Translations under genes and position numbers: made by a program
Notes under the pieces: model-generated
What the model saw: the letters and a program-made list of their open reading frames with translations, nothing else
What the model was told of the DNA's origin: nothing
The model's database searches: none
Shown here: positions 20,869 through 27,908 of the stretch, piece by piece
How positions within the stretch are numbered: the first letter of the stretch is position 1
How the letters are laid out: each line of letters opens with the position of its first letter
Origin: Pirellula staleyi DSM 6068
GTDB taxonomy: Bacteria > Planctomycetota > Planctomycetia > Pirellulales > Pirellulaceae
Reading direction: 5' to 3'
DNA length: 32,000 nucleotides
Assembly: GCA_000025185.1 (NCBI GenBank)
Contig: CP001848.1
Location: 3,000,001-3,032,000 of the forward strand

Positions 20869-20918
20869 GGAACGTCTGACAAGGAAACCGAGTGCCTTGC
20901 CCAGAAAGGAGACGTTCC
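20869..20918 (-). promoter_or_regulatory. nested inverted repeat in the 5-prime leader of the HTH gene (candidate operator or leader hairpin)
   Basis: The outer pair is ggaacgtct (20869-20877) with agacgttcc (20910-20918). The inner pair is caagg (20880-20884) with ccttg (20895-20899). The element lies between the predicted -10 box and the start codon. Confidence 0.5.
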
Positions 20919-20930
20919 ACACGTGGGGGG

Positions 20931-20959
20931 ATTATCTTCCGTAGCGGCGCAAAGTGCAA
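20931..20959 (-). promoter_or_regulatory. sigma-70-like promoter of the HTH gene
   Basis: The minus strand reads TTGCAC (20959-20954), a 17-nt spacer, then GATAAT (20936-20931). Confidence 0.5.
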
Positions 20960-21035
20960 GTGCCTCCGGCGCTATTTGTGGCGTTTAGCATTCCACTAGA
21001 CGGGAATTTGCAGCGGAAAGGTCGTCCGCTCTTAC

Positions 21036-21075
21036 AAAAAGGGGCTGTTTCGAGCATGGCAAGAAACACCGCCCC
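21036..21075 (-). terminator. Rho-independent terminator of the MoxR-DUF58 unit
   Basis: The minus strand reads GGGGC-gg-TGTTTC-ttgccatgctc-GAAACA-GCCCC followed by TTTTT (the a-run at 21036-21040). It lies about 150 nt downstream of the DUF58 stop. Confidence 0.65.
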
Positions 21076-21226
21076 TAGGATAACTGCTCGAGGACGCCAC
21101 AGAGTGATCAACTGTATAGATTGGCGATAGGGGACGATTGAACTGGCAATTTCCAGTTCGGCCGCTAGAGCTTACGGCAAAGGAATCGTCCGTAGCATTC
21201 GCCGAGGGCACACCGCGCAGCAGCTG

Positions 21227-22135
21227 CTAGCGAGCACGGAGTTGCAAGCTCCGTTTGTTCAGATAGTCGATCAGCAGTTCGTCCATCGGTCGGCTGGTGT
21301 CGATCAAAATGCGTTCGCAGCCGTTCCGCTGAGTGATCTCTTCGAACTGCTGGTTGAACCGCGCCACAGCCGCCAGGTAGCCCCGCCGCAAGTCGTCGGT
21401 CTGCGCGAGGAGCTCGTCGGGGACTTCCAGCCCCACGAATTTCACCATCCCATCGAGTTCAAACGCAATTTCGTCGTGATGCATCACCTGCATCAGCACC
21501 ACATCGTGCTTGCTGTAGCGGAGTCGTTGCAGCACCGGCTCGAGTTCGTCGAGATCGGTGAAGAAATCGCTAAGAATGATCACGATCTCGCGCCGCCCCA
21601 GTCGGCTGGCGATTTCGTTCAGCGACTTGGCCATCGCTGTTTTTTCGACCGGCTCGATCTCGTCGAGATGATGCGTCATCCGCACCACTTGGTCCATCGA
21701 GTTGCTCGGGGGGAGCGTGCCGCGAACTTGATTGTCGAACGTTACGAGCGAAACTTTGTCGCTTTGACGCACGATCGAATAGCCGAGCATCGTAGCGATT
21801 TGCGAAGCGTATAAAAGTTTCTGCTGGCGTCCTTCGCCGTAGCGCATCGACGCGCTGACGTCGAGCACCATGTGACAGACGAAGTTGGTTTCAAGCTCGT
21901 ACTGTTTGACGAAATACTTATCGCGCGAGTAATAGACGCGCCAGTCGACGTGTTTGGGATCATCCCCCGGCACGTACTCGCGATGCCCCGCAAACTCCAC
22001 CGCAAAGCCCGAGAGTGGCGACTTGTGTGCACCGGCCAAATTGCCGATCACAAGACCACGCGGCTCGAAATGACGATCGGCAACGTGGCTCAGCACGTCG
22101 GGATCGATGTAGCGGGATAAGACGCTTTTGGCCAT
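21227..22135 (-). CDS. DUF58 family protein (VWA-like, MoxR partner)
   Basis: 302 aa: GAHKSPLSGFAVEFAGHREYVPGDDPKHVDWRVYYSRDKYFVKQYELETN...MVLDVSASM. This is the canonical DUF58 signature plus a MIDAS-like DxSxS. Confidence 0.9.
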   Translation of the reverse strand: MAKSVLSRYIDPDVLSHVADRHFEPRGLVIGNLAGAHKSPLSGFAVEFAGHREYVPGDDPKHVDWRVYYSRDKYFVKQYELETNFVCHMVLDVSASMRYGEGRQQKLLYASQIATMLGYSIVRQSDKVSLVTFDNQVRGTLPPSNSMDQVVRMTHHLDEIEPVEKTAMAKSLNEIASRLGRREIVIILSDFFTDLDELEPVLQRLRYSKHDVVLMQVMHHDEIAFELDGMVKFVGLEVPDELLAQTDDLRRGYLAAVARFNQQFEEITQRNGCERILIDTSRPMDELLIDYLNKRSLQLRAR

Positions 22136-22139
22136 GGTG

Positions 22140-22223
22140 AAGGAGAGACCGGAGGTAAGGGGCTAGGGCTCGGAGGAAGAGGCTAGGAGCTAGGGACTAG
22201 AGGCTACAGGCTAGGAAAAAGGA
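22140..22223. repeat. 7-nt periodic repeat tract (about 12 heptads, + strand consensus GCTAGGA) in the MoxR-DUF58 spacer
   Basis: Heptad parse of the + strand: aaggaga gaccgga ggtaagg ggctagg gctcgga ggaagag gctagga gctaggg actagag gctacag gctagga aaaagga. The tract is purine-rich on + and pyrimidine-rich on the coding (minus) strand. It ends 5 nt from the DUF58 ATG. Confidence 0.7.
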
Positions 22224-22230
22224 ACTTGAT

Positions 22231-22281
22231 GGAGGTGGCACTGCTGGCTTTGGGGTGGCACTGCTGGCTTGTCCAGCAGTG
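22231..22281. repeat. 20-bp tandem duplication overlapping a perfect 9-bp hairpin
   Basis: The copies are ggaggtggcactgctggctt (22231-22250) and tggggtggcactgctggctt (22251-22270). cactgctgg (22259-22267) pairs with ccagcagtg (22273-22281). The first repeat copy offers an alternative pairing partner. Confidence 0.75.
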
Positions 22282-22306
22282 AGTGTGGTCATGATTGGAG
22301 CGATCC

Positions 22307-23335
22307 TTAGGCAGCAGGCTTTTCGTACTTCTTGTCCGCCGGAATGGCTTCGAGCAGCATGTCGATCAGCTTCTCGCTGTTGAGGCCGTTGGCCTGGGCG
22401 GCGTAGTTGCCAGCCAAGCGGTGACGTAGGGCAGGTTTCGCAACCGCTTGCACATCGCCGACGGTGGCGTGGTAGCGACCGTAGAGAATCGCGCGGGCTT
22501 TGGCGCAGCTGACCAGAGTCAGCACACCACGTGGACCAGCACCCCAGTTCACCCAGCGGTTCACAAAGTCGGGAGCCTCTTTCGTGCCAGGGCGTGAAGC
22601 ACGCACCAGCGCCCAGGCAAAGCCGAGGACTTGATCGCTCACGGGAACGCGCGTGACCAGTTTTTGGAACTGCAGGATTTCGTCGCCGGTGAGGACCGGA
22701 GTGATCTCGCCCATTTGACCAGTGGTGACACGGCGGGCAACTTCCCATTCTTCAGCGCCGCTGGGGTAATCGACTTTGATATGCAGCAGGAAGCGGTCGA
22801 GCTGAGCTTCCGGCAGCGGATAGGTGCCTTCTTGCTCGAGCGGGTTTTGCGTGGCGAGCACAAAGAACGGCGCGGGCAATTGGTGCATCTTGCCACCGGC
22901 CGAGACGGTGCGCTCTTGCATCGCTTCGAGCATGGCAGCTTGGGTTTTCGGCGGCGTACGGTTGATTTCGTCGGCCAGCAGCATGTTGGCGAAAATCGGT
23001 CCGGGAAGGAAGCGATAACCGCGCTGACGGGTCTCAGGATCTTCCTGAATCACCTCGGTGCCGGTGACGTCGCTTGGCATCAAGTCGGGAGTGAACTGGA
23101 TGCGCTTGAAGGTGAGATGCAGCGACTTGGCAAGCGAACTGATCAGCAGCGTTTTTGCTAGACCTGGCACACCTTCGAGCAAGGCATGCCCCTTGGCGAA
23201 CATCGAAACGAGCACTTGCTCGATCACGTCGCTTTGACCGACGATCACTTTCGAGAGCTCATCGCGCAAGCGGTTGTAGGCCCGTTCGCACTTCTGTACT
23301 TCAGCTACGTCGTCGGCATTCTTGGCGTCGGTCAT
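22307..23335 (-). CDS. MoxR-family AAA+ ATPase
   Basis: 342 aa with Walker A LEGVPGLAKT and Walker B MLLADEINRTPPKTQAAMLEAMQE. Also FFVLATQNPLEQEGTYPLPEAQLDRF and a C-terminal lid ...GAGPRG...AKARA.L.GR..V...DV..., which are canonical AAA_3/MoxR features. Confidence 0.95.
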   Translation of the reverse strand: MTDAKNADDVAEVQKCERAYNRLRDELSKVIVGQSDVIEQVLVSMFAKGHALLEGVPGLAKTLLISSLAKSLHLTFKRIQFTPDLMPSDVTGTEVIQEDPETRQRGYRFLPGPIFANMLLADEINRTPPKTQAAMLEAMQERTVSAGGKMHQLPAPFFVLATQNPLEQEGTYPLPEAQLDRFLLHIKVDYPSGAEEWEVARRVTTGQMGEITPVLTGDEILQFQKLVTRVPVSDQVLGFAWALVRASRPGTKEAPDFVNRWVNWGAGPRGVLTLVSCAKARAILYGRYHATVGDVQAVAKPALRHRLAGNYAAQANGLNSEKLIDMLLEAIPADKKYEKPAA

Positions 23336-23491
23336 GTCAGTAAATCCTGGGAGCGAAAAGCGAAGCGATTTTTCGAGTGCACAGCGAGTCGGTTCGTACC
23401 ACGCGTCTCGTTAGTACTATGTCTCGCAGATCACCGATTGCTACAGAGTTTTTGAAAAGTAAGTGAGAAACAAATCACGAATTTGGTAGAA

Positions 23492-23514
23492 CTCTTTCGC
23501 TCGGGGCGAAAGAG
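23492..23514 (-). terminator. 9-bp hairpin between the giant gene and MoxR (weak terminator or processing site)
   Basis: ctctttcgc (23492-23500), loop tcggg, gcgaaagag (23506-23514). On the minus strand only ttct follows, so the T-tract is poor. Confidence 0.35.
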
Positions 23515-23540
23515 CTGAGTCACGATCAAGTGCGACTGGT

Positions 23541-26500
23541 TTAGTCGACGCTTTCGAAATAACGACGGAGACGTTCTTCGTAGCCCCGTGGCGCTTTACC
23601 GCGCGCCTTCGATTGAATCGACGCGCGAAGCGAAGGTGGGAGCTTGGCGAACCAAGGCTCATCTTCGAACTTAAGTTTCGCCTGCGTGCTATCCTGGTCG
23701 GCGGCATTGCCTCGGCTGTCGGCATTCGGTGCCTCGGCCAATTGCCCCTTCATTTCCGGCTGATCTTGGTTCTGGTTGCTTTGGCCCGACGTGGCGGCGC
23801 CACCTGCTGAGGCGGACGACGACGTGCTGCCGGGAGTCGGCTGCGAGGCGGGAGTTTGCGACGCTTGGGCGCCGGGCTGAGCACTCGACTGAGCCGCACT
23901 TGGAGACCCCGGTTGACCCGGCTGTGAACCAGCAGGGGGAGCTGCCGCTTGAATGGCAGCTGCCTGCGCGAGGGCTTGCGAACCGGCAATTTGGTTGGCT
24001 GTCGCTTCCGGCGAACTGGGGACGAGTCCCGTGCCAAGATCGGCTGGAGCGGCTGAAGGCTGACCTTGAGCCGGCTCGCCCTGGCCTTGACCAGGTTGAC
24101 CCTGACCACTTGGTTGGCCTTGGCCCGGTTGTGGTTGCCCGGCGGGCTGACCTGCAGGTTGGCCCGCCCCCATGGGAGTTCCTTGACCGGCTGGAGCTTG
24201 ACCGGCTGGAGCTTGACCTGCAGGAGCAGGTTGACCAGCGGGCGCACCTTCACCGGCGGGAGTACCCTCGCCAGCTGGAGTTCCTTCGCCTGCAGGCTGA
24301 CCTGCTTCACCCATCGGCGCACCTTCGCCAGCAGGAGCCCTTTCGCCCATCGGCAAACCAGCAGGAGGACCTTCGCCAGCGGGAAGAGGAGGCATCTCTT
24401 CACCGAGTCGCGAAGCTGCTTCAAGCGCCTCGCGAAGTTCGGTGTTGGCGACTTCCGCTTGTCCCGAAATCTCTGCCGCTCCTTCGCCCGTTGCTTGCTG
24501 CGCTTCGGAGAACTGCTCGGTCGCTTGCTGTAGTTTCTGCGCGGCTGCTTGCAGAGCCGCTGAAGGCTTGCCCGCAGGTTGGGATTCGCCGGCTGGCTTG
24601 CCGGATTGACCTTCACCCGCTGGCATCGGCGCGCCTTCGCCCGCTGGTTCACCGGCCGGAGTCCCTTCACCCGCTGGCTCACCTGCAGGTGTCCCTTCGC
24701 CCATCGGAGTGGCTTCGCCTGCTGGCTCACCACCGGCAGGCATATCCCCTGCAGCACCGGCGAGCTCGGCCGCCGCTTCGGCAATGTCGTTACGCGCTGC
24801 TTGCTGTTCCTCGGCTAGTTTGGCGATCGATTCAGCGAGTTCTTTATCGCGACGCAACTGCTGCTCGCGAGCCGCGAGGCTGGCCGCCGCTTCGTCAATT
24901 TTCTCTTGCACTTTTTGCTGAGCGGCAGCCGCTTCGCCTGCAGCCTGTTCGGCGCTCGGCATCGGGCTACCCGCAGCTGGCTCGCCCGCTGGTTGACCTT
25001 CGCCCGGAGGCATTCCTTCACCAGCCGCTTCGGCGGCGGCCTCGGCAGCACCTTCGGCGGCAGCTTCTGCTTGAGCGAGTGCGGCGGCAGCAGCGGCGTC
25101 GACCGAGCTGGCCTTCTCCCCTGCAGCAGCTGCTTCGGGAGCAGTTGCTTCGAGAGCAGCCGCTTGTTCAGCGGCTAGTTTTGCAAGCGCGGCGTCGATC
25201 TTTTCCCCCGCCATTTCCAAGGCTTCCCCAGCTGCCTTTTGGGGAGCGGCAGCCGCTTCGCCTTGACCTGCCTCGATCTGCTTTTGGGCAGCAGCGGATT
25301 GCTCGGCAGCTTCGGCGAGTGCTTCGCCTGCTTCAGCGGCCGGTTGTCCAGCGGCAGCAGCGGCGGCTTCAGCAAGGTCTTGCGCTTCGGCAGCAGCAGC
25401 GGCGGCTTCAGCTTGAGCGGTGGCATCGGGCATACCGGCAGGAGCTTCGCTGGCCGCTTGAGCAGCTTGCTTGGCCGCTTCGGCGGCTTTAGCGAGTGCG
25501 TTCTCGGTCGCTTTACGCGCCGCTTCGGCTTTCACCGAGTTTCCGGCGAGAGTTTCCTTGGCCGCTTCGGCGGCAGCTTTGGCAGCTTCCTTCAGCGGCG
25601 CGGCGACTTCAGCAGAGGCTTGCTCGGCTGTCGCAGCCGCCGCTTCGGCAACTTCCTGCTGCTCGGTCGCAGCTTCGAGCGGGCTATTGGCCTTACCACT
25701 CGCCACCTCTTCGGCAGCGGCGCTCGCTTCGGCTTGCTCGCGCATCGCTTCGGCAATTTGGCTCGCGATATCTTTCGCTTTGGCTTCCTCAGCACGACCC
25801 GCCGCGCGAGCGGCTGCTTCCTGTGCTTCTTCGACCTTCATCTTCGCGGCGGTAAGGTTTTCGATCGCTTGGCTGAGATCGTCATTCTGCTTCGACGCGA
25901 GCTGTTCGACCGCCTCGCGCGCCGCTTCAGCCTGCTCGAGTTGTTCGCCTGCAATCGCTGCGAGTTCGGCCGCTGCTTCACCCGCTTCTTTGCGAAGTTC
26001 GGCCGCAGCTTCGGCCAGTTTCTCGGCTGTAGCGTTGGCTGATTTGGCTGCTTCGGCAGCCGCTTGTTTGGCAGGCTCGCCTGTCATCTCCGCTGCTTTG
26101 GCAATGTTCTCGGCAGTCGCTTTCGAGGCCTCGGCCGTATCGGCCAATTTTTCGGAAGTCTCGGGAGATGTCTGCTTCACCCCTTCGGCGATCTTGGCCG
26201 CCACTTCGGCAACATCGGCTTGTTCGGCCTGTAGTTTTTGTTCTTCGGCCTTGGTCAGCTCACCATCCATCGCTGATTCTTCGGCAGCTTCTGCGATACG
26301 ACGTTCGGCAGCAGCGGCGCGCTCGAGAGCTTCGGCGGCTCGCGCGAGTTCACCCACTTCGACAGCTTTCTGACGACGCTCGAGATCGGCGAGCTGCTGA
26401 GCTACTTCCGCTTGAGCTTGCTCGAGTGCCTGAGTGGCATCTTCAGCAGCTTCGACGCGGGCCTCTTCCATCGCCGCATCCGACTTGGCAATGGTCTCTT

Positions 26501-27908
26501 GGGCATCTTTGGCTTCTTCCGTCGCTTGATCGAGCTTGGCATCGATGGCGGGTGAGAAGTCGGCTGCCTCTTGAGCCTTTCCAATGGCCTCGGCGACTTG
26601 CTTTTCGAGTTCCGCCGCTTTGGCAGGTTCTTTCGCTGCTGCCTTCATCGCTTCCGCTTGTTGGGCGGCTGCTGCGGCCAGCTTCTCTTCGAGCGCTTCG
26701 AGCTGCTTCACTTCTTCGGCCAGTTGATCGGCGCTCTTGTCGGCTTGATCGAGATCGGCCCCTTGCTGCAGCTGTTTTTCGATCTGCGCCAGATTGCCAA
26801 TCACTTCATTTTGATCGGTCAGAGCTTGCTGTTTCTCGATTCTGAACAGCTCCTCGGCCGCTTCGAACGCCGAAGCCTTCGCCTCTTCGAGTAGCGGCTG
26901 AATGTTGTCGAACTTGCTCAGCTGCTCGGCTAGTTTTCCGAGATCTTTTTGAATCTGCGTTTGCTCTTCACTCAGCTTTTCGCTGGCGTCCTCGGTCAGC
27001 TCGGTTTCGCGTGTGGTCTCGCGGAGCTCTTGCTGCCGCTTGAGCATTTCGCGAACCATCCGAATTGCCGCTTCGCGATCGCTGTCGATCAACCCCTGGG
27101 TCTCTTCTAGCTTATCCAGTAGCGCGGTGAGCCCCTTGATCACGCCGTACTGCTGTTTCGAAGCATCGGCAAATTGTGCTTGCGAAAGCAAGAGTCCAGC
27201 AGCGGTGAGTTGCTCTTGAACCTGCGCGACTTTCAAGATCCGCAAACCATCGGCGGCACCAGCGCCTGCTTGTCCACTCCAGGTCGAGACATCTTCGAGC
27301 GTGGCGACGAGTTGGTAGTAGAGTTTCTGAACGTCGGCCTGATCTTCGATCGTCAGCAGGGCAGCGCGTTCTTTCTCGTCGACCTTGCGCGTCGGCAGCG
27401 CTTTGGTGGTGTTGTAGGTTTTGGTTTCGAGACTGATCAGCTGCTTCACTTCCGCCGCGAGTCGGGCGATCTGCATACGGCGATAGAGCTTTTGACGCTC
27501 GGCCATCAGATGCACCACCACTTCGCGAATCTTGCCGCGAGCAGCGTTGAAATTGGCGAGTCGCTCGGCCTGCGTTCCCTCTTGGGCTTTGACTAGCAAC
27601 TGCACAATCTCTTCCATCTCAGCCTTCATCAGCTGCGCGATATTCCCCTTCATCGAGGCGATATCTTTATAGATCGGCAACTGCTTCAGGCCGTTCTCTT
27701 CGAGCTGCCTTAGCTGCACATCGAGCACGCTTTCGACGAGCTCGCCCGCCAGCGCGCGAGCCTTCTCTTGCGCCTGCTGTTTACGGCGCAGATCGTCGCC
27801 ACTATCGGCGGCGAGAGCTCCTCCGACCAGCGACATACCAATCAGCACCGAAAGCGATTTTCGCTTGTCGGTCATCCATGCGAAGAGGCCACGAGTGCTT
27901 CGTCTCAT
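23541..27908 (-). CDS. giant (1455 aa) secreted/anchored Ala/Glu-rich coiled-coil protein with Pro/Gly/Gln repeats
   Basis: The ATG at 27908 overlaps the upstream stop as ATGA. The N-terminus has a hydrophobic segment (LSVLIGMSLVGGALA) and about 400 aa of non-repetitive helical sequence. Roughly 650 aa of A/E/K/Q-rich heptad-like sequence follow. Blocks of PAGEG/PAGQ repeats come next, then a distinct C-terminus EDEPWFAKLPPSLRASIQSKARGKAPRGYEERLRRYFESVD. Confidence 0.85.
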   Translation of the reverse strand: MRRSTRGLFAWMTDKRKSLSVLIGMSLVGGALAADSGDDLRRKQQAQEKARALAGELVESVLDVQLRQLEENGLKQLPIYKDIASMKGNIAQLMKAEMEEIVQLLVKAQEGTQAERLANFNAARGKIREVVVHLMAERQKLYRRMQIARLAAEVKQLISLETKTYNTTKALPTRKVDEKERAALLTIEDQADVQKLYYQLVATLEDVSTWSGQAGAGAADGLRILKVAQVQEQLTAAGLLLSQAQFADASKQQYGVIKGLTALLDKLEETQGLIDSDREAAIRMVREMLKRQQELRETTRETELTEDASEKLSEEQTQIQKDLGKLAEQLSKFDNIQPLLEEAKASAFEAAEELFRIEKQQALTDQNEVIGNLAQIEKQLQQGADLDQADKSADQLAEEVKQLEALEEKLAAAAAQQAEAMKAAAKEPAKAAELEKQVAEAIGKAQEAADFSPAIDAKLDQATEEAKDAQETIAKSDAAMEEARVEAAEDATQALEQAQAEVAQQLADLERRQKAVEVGELARAAEALERAAAAERRIAEAAEESAMDGELTKAEEQKLQAEQADVAEVAAKIAEGVKQTSPETSEKLADTAEASKATAENIAKAAEMTGEPAKQAAAEAAKSANATAEKLAEAAAELRKEAGEAAAELAAIAGEQLEQAEAAREAVEQLASKQNDDLSQAIENLTAAKMKVEEAQEAAARAAGRAEEAKAKDIASQIAEAMREQAEASAAAEEVASGKANSPLEAATEQQEVAEAAAATAEQASAEVAAPLKEAAKAAAEAAKETLAGNSVKAEAARKATENALAKAAEAAKQAAQAASEAPAGMPDATAQAEAAAAAAEAQDLAEAAAAAAGQPAAEAGEALAEAAEQSAAAQKQIEAGQGEAAAAPQKAAGEALEMAGEKIDAALAKLAAEQAAALEATAPEAAAAGEKASSVDAAAAAALAQAEAAAEGAAEAAAEAAGEGMPPGEGQPAGEPAAGSPMPSAEQAAGEAAAAQQKVQEKIDEAAASLAAREQQLRRDKELAESIAKLAEEQQAARNDIAEAAAELAGAAGDMPAGGEPAGEATPMGEGTPAGEPAGEGTPAGEPAGEGAPMPAGEGQSGKPAGESQPAGKPSAALQAAAQKLQQATEQFSEAQQATGEGAAEISGQAEVANTELREALEAASRLGEEMPPLPAGEGPPAGLPMGERAPAGEGAPMGEAGQPAGEGTPAGEGTPAGEGAPAGQPAPAGQAPAGQAPAGQGTPMGAGQPAGQPAGQPQPGQGQPSGQGQPGQGQGEPAQGQPSAAPADLGTGLVPSSPEATANQIAGSQALAQAAAIQAAAPPAGSQPGQPGSPSAAQSSAQPGAQASQTPASQPTPGSTSSSASAGGAATSGQSNQNQDQPEMKGQLAEAPNADSRGNAADQDSTQAKLKFEDEPWFAKLPPSLRASIQSKARGKAPRGYEERLRRYFESVD
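24060..24392 (-). repeat. in-frame low-complexity tandem repeats encoding the PAGEG / APAGQ / GQPAGQ units
   Basis: One example is the 15-bp unit cttgaccggctggag at 24182-24196 and 24197-24211 (identical), with a 13/15 copy at 24212-24226. The whole interval encodes PPLPAGEGPPAGLPMGERAPAGEG...GEGTPAGEGTPAGEGAPAGQPAPAGQAPAGQAPAGQ...GQPAGQPAGQPQPGQGQPSGQGQPGQGQGEPAQGQ. Confidence 0.75.

Noticed and set aside
20816-20959. N-terminal extension of the HTH ORF to the TTG at 20959
   Set aside because: The TTG is the first half of the predicted -35 hexamer. The extension would encode the structured leader, and the ATG at 20815 has a GGAGG SD.
21076-21226. Possible small RNA in the 150-nt stretch between the DUF58 stop and the terminator
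   Set aside because: It contains only short imperfect hairpins, for example aactgg-aaattg-ccagtt, with no independent promoter signal. It is most simply a 3-prime UTR.
22140-22281. Possible CRISPR-like or minisatellite array
   Set aside because: The units are only 7 nt and 20 nt long with no unique spacers, and no cas genes are present. It is treated as an intergenic repeat/regulatory tract instead.
22197-22748. 183-aa minus-strand ORF spanning the spacer and the MoxR 3-prime end
   Set aside because: It is out of frame with the canonical MoxR sequence and runs through the repeat spacer. The product is Arg/Pro/Cys/Ser-rich with no recognisable features.
23729-26373. 587-aa and 300-aa + strand ORFs and several others inside the giant gene
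   Set aside because: They are Leu/Arg/Ser/Ala-rich mirror frames of the GC-rich low-complexity coding sequence. The minus frame alone runs uninterrupted for 1455 codons, has non-repetitive ends and is ATGA-coupled to the upstream gene.
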